This document shows, piece by piece, positions 1 through 9,895 of a stretch of 43,371 nt of DNA (its first letter is position 1; every line of letters starts with the position of its first letter). This stretch comes from Salibacteraceae bacterium (GTDB lineage: Bacteria > Bacteroidota > Bacteroidia > Flavobacteriales_G > Salibacteraceae). The position numbers were made by a program, and so were the translations under genes. The stretch is taken from NCBI GenBank assembly GCA_040905305.1, contig JBBDRU010000104.1, positions 1-43,371 of the forward strand, written 5' to 3'. The notes below the pieces were generated by a model that had not been told where the DNA came from, did not search any database, and saw only the letters and a program-made list of their open reading frames with translations.

Positions 1-1369
1 TTTCAGGGTCATAACTCAAAGAGGCATCATAGGCACTGTCTGAAGATTCATGCCGACCGAGTTCGTGGTAAGCGTCTCCCAAGCTGGCTAGCATTTGTGC
101 CGACAGTTGATTGTTTCCCAGCACCATTTGCGCACCCTGTTTTAAGGATTTTGCGGCTGCCTCATAGTTTTCTGCCTGATTGTTCGCAATGCCATTAAAC
201 AAATAGACCATGGGCTGAGCAGGAAAATACTCCATCGCAGCTTTGCTATCTGCGATAAGAGAATCATTCATCCCCAACTCTGAATCGATTAGCAAAATTT
301 GATTCCAAATAGCATACCTGGAAGGGTCTATTTTTACTGCTTTTCGATATTGCCCCCTCGCCTTATCACGTTGGTTGTCAAGGGATAAATAATCTCCATA
401 AACGGAATAGCTCTTAGCCTGCTCTGGATGAGTTTCAACCACCGCCTTGCACAACTCCAGTGCTTCTTGCCTCACTTTAGGATAACGCTCAGCCTCGCCA
501 AACATTTTGATGAGCACCCCCACCTTGGTATCAATGTCGAGGTTTGAATTTTCATACGCTTCTTTTAAAAACTTGTAGGACTTTTCTTTCTCGCCTACTT
601 TATCATAAAACTCGCTGAGCGACAATTGAATGTACGGATTATGCGGATCTAATTCTAAAGCCTTTTTATAAACATTTATCGCCTTTTTATACTCTCCTCT
701 GGCTTTGTATAACTCGGCCAACATACCATAAAGTTGATTGTCTCCCGGAAACGCATCCAGCAGTTTCTCAACCTCCTCGGCAGCCTCATCATACTTTTCC
801 TTTTTAATGAAATACTGATATTTTCTTCTGGTAACTTCTTCCGTAACACCTGCTGTAGCCTCAAATTCATCAAAAGCTTTCATGGCTTTGCGCTCTTTTC
901 CTGCGTAGAGCAATGTATTGGCATAATCGAGCTGAAGTTGTGCGTTTTTTGGGTAACGCTTAGAAAGCGTTGCATAGATTTTGGAGGCGTCTTTATATTT
1001 CTCCCTTTCCAACATTACTTGTGCTAAACTGAGCCAATACCATTTATTTTTCTCGTCAACGTTAGCCGCCTTTTGAAAGTTTTTTTCTGCTTCGTCCAAC
1101 ATTTTTTGTTCGAGGTATATTTTTCCTAATCCAAAATATGACGCATCATGATCCGGTGCTATGGAGAGGCATTGGTTAAATAGATCCACAGACGCTTCTA
1201 AATTGCCTAATTGCCGTTCCTTTTCAGCGTTGATAAATTTACGAGTGAGCGAAATGCTATCCTCTTGCGACAGGGCGTTTTTCTGGGCACAGACAGCGGT
1301 TTGCATGAGCAACAAAAGCACAGTTATCACCCCGTAAACCAATCCATTATGTTTTGTTTTTATATTCAA
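1..1369 (-). CDS. TPR-repeat protein with N-terminal signal peptide (3-prime end runs off the window start)
   Basis: Absent from the ORF track because it is open to the window edge. Manual minus-strand translation is uninterrupted from about 1369 to 1. It shows repeated TPR-like helices, e.g. YFGLGKIYLEQKMLDEAEKNFQKAANVDEKN and AELYKARGEYKKAINVYKKALELDPHNPY. The N-terminus LNIKTKHNGLVYGVITVLLLLMQTAVCAQ looks like a signal peptide. The start is either TTG at 1369 or ATG at 1306. Confidence 0.75.
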   Translation of the reverse strand, partial: MNIKTKHNGLVYGVITVLLLLMQTAVCAQKNALSQEDSISLTRKFINAEKERQLGNLEASVDLFNQCLSIAPDHDASYFGLGKIYLEQKMLDEAEKNFQKAANVDEKNKWYWLSLAQVMLEREKYKDASKIYATLSKRYPKNAQLQLDYANTLLYAGKERKAMKAFDEFEATAGVTEEVTRRKYQYFIKKEKYDEAAEEVEKLLDAFPGDNQLYGMLAELYKARGEYKKAINVYKKALELDPHNPYIQLSLSEFYDKVGEKEKSYKFLKEAYENSNLDIDTKVGVLIKMFGEAERYPKVRQEALELCKAVVETHPEQAKSYSVYGDYLSLDNQRDKARGQYRKAVKIDPSRYAIWNQILLIDSELGMNDSLIADSKAAMEYFPAQPMVYLFNGIANNQAENYEAAAKSLKQGAQMVLGNNQLSAQMLASLGDAYHELGRHESSDSAYDASLSYDPE

Positions 1370-2367
1370 ATCAAGGTGGAAAAATCACCTAAGCTCACGT
1401 CCAATGCTGAGCGTTTGATGGATGTATTTGTTCCGATAAGGCTGTTATCTATCACGGCATTTTGAATTTGTGCATTTGTACGGATGATGCTATTGCTGAT
1501 GCGCGAATCTTTGATGCTTGCGTCTGCGCCAATGCTCACATGCGGGCCAATAACACTGTTTTCAACCATTGCTCCATCGGCAATCAAAACCGGTTGAATC
1601 AACGTGGAGTTTTTCACATTCGCTTTTTCGCTTACCATGTTTACTTCCTTGTTAAACTCTAAAAGCATCTTATTGGTTTCAACCGTAGCGTTTTTATTTC
1701 CACAATCCATCCAATGATCTACCGTGCCCGGACGAAAGGTTATTCCCTGTTTTTTCATGTTTTCCAAGGCATCCGTCAACTGAAACTCACCACCCTTCAC
1801 CACGTTGTTGTCCATTAAATACTTGAGTTCGCGCTTCAGATGCTTTCCGTCTTTAAAGAAGTAGATTCCGATAATGGCCAAATCACTCACAAAATCTTTT
1901 GGTTTTTCAACAAAATCTGTAATCACCCCCCGGTCGTTTACTTTCACCACACCAAACTGGCTTGGGTCTTCGATTTGCTTCACCCAAATCATGCCGTCTT
2001 GGGAGGCATCAATCCTGAAATCTGCCCGAAACAAGGTGTCGGCAAAAGCAACAATTACAGGGCCATTTAACGAAGGCTCTGCACAATAAATGGCGTGTCC
2101 TGTTCCAAGGGCTATGTCCTGATAATAGATTTTTCCTTTAGCACCAAGGTTCTCCGCAATGGCGATGAGTTCGTTTTCAACTTCCTCCCCAAAATCTCCG
2201 ATGATAAACCCGATTTCATCAATGGGTTCATCTACCATTTTGGCAATATCCTCTACAAGTCGCTGCACGATGGGCTTTCCACCAACGGGGATGAGCGGTT
2301 TTGGTGTAAACAAGGTATGTGGCCGCATGCGTTTTCCTTTTCCGGCCATGGGTATGATTAAATTCAT
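1366..2367 (-). CDS. Sugar-phosphate nucleotidyltransferase with C-terminal left-handed beta-helix (GlmU/RmlA-like family)
   Basis: 333-aa ORF. The N-terminal signature MNLIIPMAGKGKRMRP...KPLIPVGGKP is typical of NTP-transferase folds. The C-terminal hexapeptide-like repeats (VIGPHVSIGADASIKDSRISNSIIRTNAQIQNAVIDNSLIG) fit a left-handed beta-helix. Confidence 0.85.
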   Translation of the reverse strand: MNLIIPMAGKGKRMRPHTLFTPKPLIPVGGKPIVQRLVEDIAKMVDEPIDEIGFIIGDFGEEVENELIAIAENLGAKGKIYYQDIALGTGHAIYCAEPSLNGPVIVAFADTLFRADFRIDASQDGMIWVKQIEDPSQFGVVKVNDRGVITDFVEKPKDFVSDLAIIGIYFFKDGKHLKRELKYLMDNNVVKGGEFQLTDALENMKKQGITFRPGTVDHWMDCGNKNATVETNKMLLEFNKEVNMVSEKANVKNSTLIQPVLIADGAMVENSVIGPHVSIGADASIKDSRISNSIIRTNAQIQNAVIDNSLIGTNTSIKRSALDVSLGDFSTLI

Positions 2368-2462
2368 GCTGCTTCCATATTTGGCGCAAAAATGCGATTC
2401 TCAACGCAAACGCCCTTGCATTGATTGCCAGTCAATTGTTTAGGATTGTTACCAAACCGTTG

Positions 2463-2906
2463 CTAATTTGTTCCGGTGTGGCCAAAACCGCCTTCGCCAC
2501 GATCTGTTTCAGTTAGATTATCAACGGGTTGCCATATCGCGCTCTCATAGCGTGCGATCACCATTTGTGCGATACGTTCACCATCCTTTACTTCAAAGGG
2601 TTCTTTTGAATGATTGATCAATAACACACCAACATCCCCTCGATAATCGGCATCAATGGTGCCCGGTGCGTTTAAAACTGTGATGCCCTTTTTATAGGCC
2701 AATCCAGATCGCGGCCTTATCTGTGCCTCATAACCTTGAGGCAGCGCTATATGCAATCCCGTAGGAATTAATTTCCGCATACCGGGCATAAGCGTTATCA
2801 TCCCATCAGGCAAATGAGCACGCAAATCCATCCCAGCCGAAAATGCCGTTTCATAATGCGGTAGCGGGTGGTTACTTTTATTGATGATCTCTATCGATAT
2901 GGACAT
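2463..2906 (-). CDS. dut: dUTP diphosphatase
   Basis: Motifs [27 protein letters not shown] and GGFGHTG are present. I place the start at the internal ATG (2906, MSISIEII...). The 21 extra residues of the track ORF (to 2969) lie inside the upstream flippase gene. Confidence 0.93.
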   Translation of the reverse strand: MSISIEIINKSNHPLPHYETAFSAGMDLRAHLPDGMITLMPGMRKLIPTGLHIALPQGYEAQIRPRSGLAYKKGITVLNAPGTIDADYRGDVGVLLINHSKEPFEVKDGERIAQMVIARYESAIWQPVDNLTETDRGEGGFGHTGTN

Positions 2907-4392
2907 GTTTTCGGTCTTTAAAAAATTCGAAGTAAGTAATAAACCCGGCATATAAAGCAAGCAAAACAATTCGGTAGGTTGTCAACAATACCTCGTTATT
3001 TGTCGGCAACCATTGATCAAGCAAATAAATGAACAATGCTGAGAAAAAATAACCCATCAATTTGAGCAAATTGTAGGGTACGGGAAAGTGTCGTTTACCG
3101 ATATAATAGCTAGCCACTGCCATAGAAAAGTAGCACGCAAACGTTGCCCACGCTGACCCTCTAAACCCAATGATTGGAATAAGCGCAAAGTTCAAGATCA
3201 CTGTTACTAAAGCACCACCAATAGCAATATAAGAGCCATATCGAGTTTTATCGGTGAGTTTATACCACACGCTCAGGTTGTAATAAACACCTAAAAAAAC
3301 ATTTGCCAGAAGCAAGATTGGAACCACATCCAATCCATCCCAATAAGCTTCATTTGGAATGAAATATTTAAAAAAGTCGATGAACAAGGTTACGCCAACA
3401 AACACAAGCATCACAAACGCAAAAAACAAATGGAGCATACGGGCATATATCTCCCGGCCTTTGTTTGTTTTGTATTGATCAAAAAAGAAGGGTTCAGCGG
3501 CATATCGGTAGGCTTGTATGCAAAGGGTTATAATGATGGAGAGTTTGTAACAAGCACCATAAATCCCGAGCTGGGTCATCGTTTCAAGTTCGCCCAATTC
3601 ATCAAAAAGCATCCATTTAAGCATGGCACGATCCAGCGTTTCATTCACAATACCTGCAAGCCCGGCCACCAAAAGCGGCAGGGCATAAACCAACATCTCT
3701 TTCCACAACGTTGAAGAAAACACCATGCGCACCTTGAGCATATCGGGCAGCATGAGGACAAAACGACCTAAACTGGCGATGAGGTTTGCAATGAACACAT
3801 AGCCCACTCCGATCTCAGGGTTATAAAATGTCTCTACTACCCAGTTGATGTTGCCCGATTTATAGAGCGGCAGGCAATAGGCAAGAAAAAACAGGTTAAG
3901 GCCAATATTGATTCCAATGAAGGTGAAATTGACCATAGCAAAACGGATGGCCTTGTTCTCTGCGCGCAGCTTCGCGAGTGGTATGGCAATTAAGGCATCG
4001 AGGCCAACAATGATTCCAAACCATGAAACGTATTCACTGTGGTCAGGATAACCCAGAACATTAGCAATGGGTTGAGAAAAAACGCTTACCAGCCCGATGA
4101 AAGCAAAAGATGAAAAAGCAAGCGACCAAAGCGCGGTAGAAAAGACGGTTCCATCCCGGTTTTTTTCGCTCGAAAAGTATCGAAAGAAGGCCGTTTCCAT
4201 GCCGTATGTGAGCAGCACGACCAAAAAAGCCACATAAGCATACATCTCCGTGATGATGCCATATTGATCGGGTTGGAAAACCAGCTTGCTCGTATAAAGC
4301 GGGGTGAGCAGGTAGTTCAAAAATCGACCAACAATACTGCTCAAGCCATACACGGCTGTTTGTCCTGCGAGTTGTTTTAAGGGCGATGCCAT
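2878..4392 (-). CDS. Polysaccharide/oligosaccharide flippase, MOP superfamily (Wzx/RfbX-like)
   Basis: 504-aa multi-pass hydrophobic ORF. The N-terminus [27 protein letters not shown] is typical of Bacteroidota polysaccharide biosynthesis (Wzx-like) proteins. It overlaps the dut start by 29 nt. Confidence 0.8.
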   Translation of the reverse strand: MASPLKQLAGQTAVYGLSSIVGRFLNYLLTPLYTSKLVFQPDQYGIITEMYAYVAFLVVLLTYGMETAFFRYFSSEKNRDGTVFSTALWSLAFSSFAFIGLVSVFSQPIANVLGYPDHSEYVSWFGIIVGLDALIAIPLAKLRAENKAIRFAMVNFTFIGINIGLNLFFLAYCLPLYKSGNINWVVETFYNPEIGVGYVFIANLIASLGRFVLMLPDMLKVRMVFSSTLWKEMLVYALPLLVAGLAGIVNETLDRAMLKWMLFDELGELETMTQLGIYGACYKLSIIITLCIQAYRYAAEPFFFDQYKTNKGREIYARMLHLFFAFVMLVFVGVTLFIDFFKYFIPNEAYWDGLDVVPILLLANVFLGVYYNLSVWYKLTDKTRYGSYIAIGGALVTVILNFALIPIIGFRGSAWATFACYFSMAVASYYIGKRHFPVPYNLLKLMGYFFSALFIYLLDQWLPTNNEVLLTTYRIVLLALYAGFITYFEFFKDRKHVHIDRDHQ

Positions 4393-4547
4393 TAAAACAA
4401 AGAAACGCCCATTACACGTGCTATTGTTCCGCGCATGTTAAAGATTTCAACGTGGTGTTGCTGAATGCAAGGGCTGCTGCGTTTTTTAACCTGAATTCGA
4501 TTATTTTTCGGAAATTGAGATATTACTTTACCTCTGAATTTCGTATC

Positions 4548-7496
4548 CTAAAACTTATGGCTAATGCCCATGCTTACCACTCGTCCGGGATTGATGCTGC
4601 TAAACGGTGCCTTCGTTTCAAAAGCCGTTTCCGAAGCATCTGCCCCGCCTGCAGGATTATAAGTCATGTAAAAACTCTCAAGTCGATCGTTTAGGATGTT
4701 AGAAACTTTGAAATCGATAACCGTTCGTTTCTCCTTGCCGATTTTTTTGTTTACTGAAAATTCGAGGCTATGAAACGGCTCCATATAAATATCTGGGAAA
4801 AGTCCTGCACCAACAATGAAGAGTGTAGGACCTTTTACATTGTAAAAGACTCCAACGTCTAAACCTGATTCTACATTTCGGTAAGCTGCTCCTGCATTCA
4901 CCACATAAGGCGACTGACCAGCCATCTGCCTGGTATCCTTGATGGTTTCACCTGTTTTCTCATAAGTTTTCCTTGAATTAAACTCCACTGAAGTCATGTC
5001 GATTTGCGACTCTACCACCGTCAGGTTACCATTTAGACTGAAGGGTTTTAGTCCGGGAGATACAAAAGCGAGGTCCTTTCTAAACTCTACTTCTACCCCA
5101 TAGAGCTGACCATTCCCAACATTACGCGGTTGGTACTCTGTGCTGGTTTGTTGTTCAGGGATACGCACCAATTCAATAGGGTCGTCAAACCTTTTGTAAA
5201 ACACACTTGCACTCAACAATTGACCATCTTCCATAAATAACTCCCACCGCAGGTCTAAATTATCGATGCGCGTTTCCGTGAGGTTCCCTTCCCAGTCTGT
5301 ATAAGTGAATAAGCTGCCATTAAAAATACGGTTCGTCAACGGATCTATAATTTGAGCAAATGATAGTTCTTTGAACGAAGGACGGGCAATGGTCTTAGAA
5401 TAGGACAACCTAAGGTTTTGCTCTTCAGCCACGCTGTAGATGAAGTTTACTGAAGGAAATAGATCTATTGCATCAAGCACTTTTTCATTTTCGAGGCTTC
5501 GTCCGTTCACCAAATCTCCACTAGCTGCCCGTTGATCACGTCCAGTGTGCCATTGGGTAAATTTCTCTGCTCTTAAACCAAGAATACTATTTAAACGTGG
5601 TGTGATCTGCAATTGGTTGGAAACATAAAGTGCACTGCTCTGCACTGTGCTTTGGTATTCATTCGGATTGGGATTGTTATTCCCTGATTGATAATAAATT
5701 CCATTAGGTCGATTAGGATAAAGGTTTTCAGGATTCAAGATATCCTGTGGGTTGGTGCTTTCCCAGGACTGACTTCCCGTGAACTGGATATCGTAAAACA
5801 AGATCTCATAATCACGTTGTTTAAACGTGTGCAGCCCACCGAACATTAGCTTGGCCTTTCTGTCAGCGAGTGTATATTTTTTGGCTAGGTCAATTCTTGC
5901 TGTCGCATTTACTTCACTCAAATCCCTCCAAATGCGGGAAGGGTTTCCACCTGCTCCTGCGATAAAAGAGGTATCAACTGCCGAAAATGTAAAGGCAGTT
6001 TTTCGAATATCTGGATCAGCGCTTGTAGAGAAGGTTGGCGACAAACGCCAATCAATCTCCCAACCGGAATCATCTAAAAAATGTGACCCATGAAGAAGTA
6101 TATTGTTCATACCTCGTTGATTATACTCTAAATTGTCGGCTCCTGCAAAATAGCCTGATTGGCCAACTGCAGCGCCATCATTATCAATAAAAAACTGTCC
6201 TGCTCTACTCACACCGTTTTGCAAACGCATCAAGGTAAGTCGGTATTTTGACTTTTTGGTTTTATAGGCCAATCCCCCTAATACGCCCACCATGTTGCTT
6301 TCTTCTCCCAATTGACCCGTTTGCACCGTTGCATATCGCAATCCATAAACATCCGGATCGATCAATTTTTGATATTCACCATAGACGACATCATCATAAA
6401 AATTATAGTTCTTTTTATAGGAAAGAGAGAAAATATAACCGAGTTTTCCACCCCTTTTTGAGTTCTTCAGGTCGATCTGGTTGCCAAAAGAGACCCCCGC
6501 GCTGTAGTCCATTAAACTCATTTGACGCTTTGTCCCTAACTCAGGGTTAAAGCTTTCAACGAAATCGTTCACTTCTTCATCAGAATTTGCAGAAATGGGT
6601 GTGGGCACTTTAGCGCGGTTGGCTGCGGCAGGCAAAGCCCTGGTTCCATCATCAAAACCTAAAAAATCAGTTTTACCGCCATTATAAGTGAGGTAATCGG
6701 GGTTAAAATGCATGTCAGGGTTATAGCCTAAGCCAAAAGATACACTTGTGAACTTTTCATCCGGAAACGACTTTGTTTCAATGTTGACCAAACCTCCGGT
6801 AAAGTCTGCCGGCATGTCTGCAGAAAATGTCTTGCTTACCACAATATTGTCGATAAGGTTGGTAGGGAAAATGTCCATTTGCAAGCTGTTCTTATCCGGG
6901 TCAAGACCAGGAATATCAACATTGTTGAGCATAGTCTTGGTGTATCGATCACCCAACCCTCTCACGTAAATGTACTTGCCGTCTTCAACGGTTACACCAG
7001 TTACTCGTTTTGCAGCATCAACCGCGTTTGCGTCTCCCGCCAATTGCATTCTTGAAGCTGATATACCATCAACCATAGCCCCTGATTTTTTCTTCATCAT
7101 CATAAGCGCCTCTTCCGATTGACGAGATGCTTCAGCCTGAATCACGACCTCTTTAAGCAACATGCTGCTTTCCTCTAATTGCAGTTCGCCCAACAAGGCA
7201 GTTTCCCCTGCCTCAACTGTTACTCCTTCTATGGTGAGTGTCTGGAACGTGATGAAAGAAATCTCAACATCATAATTACCCGGGGCAATAGGTAGAGAGA
7301 ACTGCCCGTCAAGATCAGTACTGATACCGTTTGTGGTTCCTTTGATCACCACATTTGCTCCGATGAGTGGCTCACCCATTGTTTTGTCGTAAACAGTTCC
7401 ACGAATCACTCCATTTTCTTGAGCGCTCTGTTGAGCCATCACAGAAGAAGTGAGTAGAAAGAAAACAAAACTGAATAGTGTAAATCTGTGTCTCAT
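4548..7496 (-). CDS. TonB-dependent outer-membrane receptor with N-terminal carboxypeptidase-regulatory-like domain
   Basis: 982 aa. Signal peptide MRHRFTLFSFVFFLLTSSVMAQ. CarbopepD_reg-like segment GVIRGTVYDKTMGEPLIGANVVIKGTTNGISTDLDGQFSL. Plug-like VEDGKYIYVRGLGDRYTKTMLN. Long beta-barrel ending in aromatic ...SHKF. Confidence 0.9.
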   Translation of the reverse strand: MRHRFTLFSFVFFLLTSSVMAQQSAQENGVIRGTVYDKTMGEPLIGANVVIKGTTNGISTDLDGQFSLPIAPGNYDVEISFITFQTLTIEGVTVEAGETALLGELQLEESSMLLKEVVIQAEASRQSEEALMMMKKKSGAMVDGISASRMQLAGDANAVDAAKRVTGVTVEDGKYIYVRGLGDRYTKTMLNNVDIPGLDPDKNSLQMDIFPTNLIDNIVVSKTFSADMPADFTGGLVNIETKSFPDEKFTSVSFGLGYNPDMHFNPDYLTYNGGKTDFLGFDDGTRALPAAANRAKVPTPISANSDEEVNDFVESFNPELGTKRQMSLMDYSAGVSFGNQIDLKNSKRGGKLGYIFSLSYKKNYNFYDDVVYGEYQKLIDPDVYGLRYATVQTGQLGEESNMVGVLGGLAYKTKKSKYRLTLMRLQNGVSRAGQFFIDNDGAAVGQSGYFAGADNLEYNQRGMNNILLHGSHFLDDSGWEIDWRLSPTFSTSADPDIRKTAFTFSAVDTSFIAGAGGNPSRIWRDLSEVNATARIDLAKKYTLADRKAKLMFGGLHTFKQRDYEILFYDIQFTGSQSWESTNPQDILNPENLYPNRPNGIYYQSGNNNPNPNEYQSTVQSSALYVSNQLQITPRLNSILGLRAEKFTQWHTGRDQRAASGDLVNGRSLENEKVLDAIDLFPSVNFIYSVAEEQNLRLSYSKTIARPSFKELSFAQIIDPLTNRIFNGSLFTYTDWEGNLTETRIDNLDLRWELFMEDGQLLSASVFYKRFDDPIELVRIPEQQTSTEYQPRNVGNGQLYGVEVEFRKDLAFVSPGLKPFSLNGNLTVVESQIDMTSVEFNSRKTYEKTGETIKDTRQMAGQSPYVVNAGAAYRNVESGLDVGVFYNVKGPTLFIVGAGLFPDIYMEPFHSLEFSVNKKIGKEKRTVIDFKVSNILNDRLESFYMTYNPAGGADASETAFETKAPFSSINPGRVVSMGISHKF

Positions 7497-7527
7497 CGGG
7501 TTTTTAATTGATTATTAAGAATGGGTT

Positions 7528-7568
7528 TAAAAAAAGCAAACTCGCAGCGCTGATGCTGCAAGTTTGCT
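7528..7568 (-). terminator. Rho-independent terminator-like hairpin between the lipoprotein gene and the TonB-dependent receptor gene
   Basis: Plus strand reads AGCAAACTCGCAGC-GCTGAT-GCTGCAAGTTTGCT (one mismatch), preceded by an A-run at 7528-7535. On the minus strand this is a hairpin followed by a T-run. Confidence 0.5.
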
Positions 7569-7606
7569 TGAGTCGGTATGAATACTATTTACGTTCAATA
7601 GTTAGA

Positions 7607-8887
7607 TTAAAGTCCTGATAGTTTTCCGGCTTGAGCAGTCCATGTCCAGCTAAGAACCGAAACATCAGCTTTGCTTGAACCTCCTGCAGTGATTCCAGCA
7701 GGGACATCACCATCAACATAATTTTCCAATTCGCTGGCAGGAACATCTAATTCAATTCCTTCAAACGAAATGCTGCCTTCGCTTGCAACTACTCTGTTGA
7801 TCATTTGGCCATCCACTATTCCAGTGAAATAGATGTTTTTCAAATCAACGATCGAGTTGTCATCAGTATTGATGATGTCTTCAGTAACTCTACCAAGATC
7901 ATCATCAGACATAACAACCGTTCCTTTTTGAATGGTGTGACCGGCTTCGAATGACCCTTCAGGCCCGTCCAATTCAAAGGCGTGACCAGTTGCAGCGAGA
8001 ACCACGAAATTCTCAACCGTACCAGACCATGACTGATCCGTGTCAAGACCATCATCACCCGAGTTCCAAACCACTACATTCTTGACGTCAACGGTTCCAC
8101 CAAACCATTCGATTCCGTCATCCTGGTTTGCAATAACCTCAATGTTTTCAACCACTGTTCCTGTTCCAACACCACCCATCGTAAGGCCATTGATCTCGTT
8201 TCCAGAACCGATGTTTGCCCCACCGTGGCGGATAGAGATATACTTGATAACACCTGAATTATCGGCATCATCAGAACCTCCGTAAAGGCCATTAGGGTCT
8301 GAAGTAGGAATTCCTTCGATTTGAACTTCACTCACATCACCGTTATCGTTTGAAGCAGAAATCTTTGCTTTTCCAAGAACAATGACACCTCCCCAATAAC
8401 CGTTAATGTCAGGATCAAGGTTTGGGCTAGCGAAATCACCACCGGCTACTTGCTCAGGAGTGATCTCATCCGCTACTGATGTAAAGATGATCGGAGCTTC
8501 AGCAGTTCCTTCGGCCATCAACATACCGCCTCTGGCAACAATAAGAGCAGTGGCGTTGGCACCTGTTCCTGCTTCCCCTTTAATAACAGTTCCTGGCTCA
8601 ATGGTTAATGTAGCACCATCTTCTACCACAATACGCCCACCAAGTATGTGAACTTTATTGCTTGTCCAGGTGGCATCAGCAGTAATGTTGCTCGTAATGG
8701 TTACAGTGGTTTCATCATCTACGTCTGGATAGTTACAAGAGCCGTCATCCTCTTTTGCTTTCTCATCGTAGTTAGTTGCTTCTGGATCAGTACATCCTTC
8801 TCGTTTACAAGAAGAGACTGAAAGTACAAAGCCAAGCGCCAGAAGAGCGGCTAGTGACTTAGTTGCGGATAGGTAAATTCTTTTCAT
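7607..8887 (-). CDS. Lipoprotein, probable parallel beta-helix surface protein partnered with the adjacent TonB-dependent receptor
   Basis: 426 aa. Lipobox LSVSSC. Gly/Asp/Asn-rich repeats (GGANIGSGNEINGLTMGGVGTG, NQDDGIEWFGGT, NSGDDGLDTDQSW) suggest beta-helix turns. It lies immediately upstream of the receptor on the same strand. Confidence 0.65.
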   Translation of the reverse strand: MKRIYLSATKSLAALLALGFVLSVSSCKREGCTDPEATNYDEKAKEDDGSCNYPDVDDETTVTITSNITADATWTSNKVHILGGRIVVEDGATLTIEPGTVIKGEAGTGANATALIVARGGMLMAEGTAEAPIIFTSVADEITPEQVAGGDFASPNLDPDINGYWGGVIVLGKAKISASNDNGDVSEVQIEGIPTSDPNGLYGGSDDADNSGVIKYISIRHGGANIGSGNEINGLTMGGVGTGTVVENIEVIANQDDGIEWFGGTVDVKNVVVWNSGDDGLDTDQSWSGTVENFVVLAATGHAFELDGPEGSFEAGHTIQKGTVVMSDDDLGRVTEDIINTDDNSIVDLKNIYFTGIVDGQMINRVVASEGSISFEGIELDVPASELENYVDGDVPAGITAGGSSKADVSVLSWTWTAQAGKLSGL

Positions 8888-9140
8888 TTCTATTGATTTT
8901 TGTTTGGCACAAAGGAATTGCCATTAGATTACCTCGTAATTAGTGCATGGTTAAGGAAAAGTTATGAAACTGTTGATTGAATGTTTAATCACACCGATGC
9001 TTGTTGGCCTTGTCTTAACACAGCTATTTAAACGCCCTGCTACCGGAGGTTGGCAAAAAGTGTTTACATTCGAGTAATCTCCTGTTAACACTTAGTATGC
9101 ATTCCTAACCTTTTAATAACGGTCACATAAATAAACAACC

Positions 9141-9869
9141 ATGTCAGTAAATCTACATTCGAAGCCAGATTTTGATAATCAAGAATCCATGCTTTCAAAA
9201 AAGAAAATCCTTGTAGTAGATGACGAGGAAGACATACTGGAGTTTTTAAGCTACAACCTTTCCAAAGAGGGCGCAAAAGTTTACACGGCAAAAAACGGGG
9301 TTTTGGCTATAGAGATTGCGCGAACTAAGCGCCCTGATCTTATACTATTGGATGTAATGATGCCGGAAATGGACGGTGTTGAAACCTGCATGCACCTGCG
9401 CGAAAAACCCGAAACCAAAAACATCATCATCGCTTTTCTTACCGCAAGAGGCGAAGATTATTCACAAATTGCAGGCTTTGATGCCGGAGCTGATGACTAC
9501 ATCGCCAAGCCTATTAAGCCACGGGTTTTAATCAGTAGAATCAAAGCCCTGTTACGAAGAAAAGAAGGTCCTATGCAAGCGGATGGATCCGTGGAGCTAA
9601 AGTCTCTAAAAATTGACCGCGACCGCTATGTAGTGGTTAAAGATGATGTAGAGCTCAATATGCCCAAAAAAGAATTTGAACTGCTCGCGTTGCTTATTTC
9701 CGTGCCTGGAAAAGTATTTACTCGAGAGGCTATTTTATCTTCTGTTTGGGGCGAAGATGTAGTTGTTGGTGACCGAACCATTGACGTTCATATTCGAAAA
9801 CTTCGTGAGAAAATTGGAAGTCCGCACATCAAAACAATTAAAGGAGTCGGTTACAAGTTTGAAGAATAG
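9141..9869 (+). CDS. Response regulator, OmpR/PhoB family (receiver + winged-helix DNA binding)
   Basis: Receiver motifs KILVVDDEEDI and DLILLDVMMPEMDG. C-terminal winged helix LSVPGKVFTREAIL...TIDVHIRKLREKI...IKTIKGVGYKF. The true start may be the ATG at 9189 (MLSKKKILVVDD). Confidence 0.9.
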   Translation: MSVNLHSKPDFDNQESMLSKKKILVVDDEEDILEFLSYNLSKEGAKVYTAKNGVLAIEIARTKRPDLILLDVMMPEMDGVETCMHLREKPETKNIIIAFLTARGEDYSQIAGFDAGADDYIAKPIKPRVLISRIKALLRRKEGPMQADGSVELKSLKIDRDRYVVVKDDVELNMPKKEFELLALLISVPGKVFTREAILSSVWGEDVVVGDRTIDVHIRKLREKIGSPHIKTIKGVGYKFEE

Positions 9870-9895
9870 AATAGCTTTCTTCGCAGAAGCTGACT

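Noticed and set aside
2907-2969. N-terminal 21-aa extension of the dut ORF ([21 protein letters not shown])
   Set aside because: It lies within the 3-prime coding region of the flippase gene, whereas dUTPases of this type start near MSISIEI...
5827-8651. Numerous 70-100-aa ORFs antisense to or out of frame within the TonB receptor and lipoprotein genes (e.g. 5827-6093, 6248-6550, 8040-8285, 8406-8651)
   Set aside because: They are fully embedded in long ORFs with strong family signatures, and their compositions are typical of antisense frames. The same reasoning applies to embedded ORFs elsewhere (e.g. 10378-10813, 12548-12838, 22734-23102, 24943-25305, 31249-31641, 37141-37755, 42253-42791).
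8888-9140. Possible riboswitch (e.g. cobalamin) or regulator-binding-site array in the divergent intergenic region between the lipoprotein/TBDR operon and the two-component genes
   Set aside because: I could not find a B12 box or any other riboswitch core, or a convincing direct-repeat operator, by eye. The best -7-like string (TTCCTTTG) deviates from the consensus.
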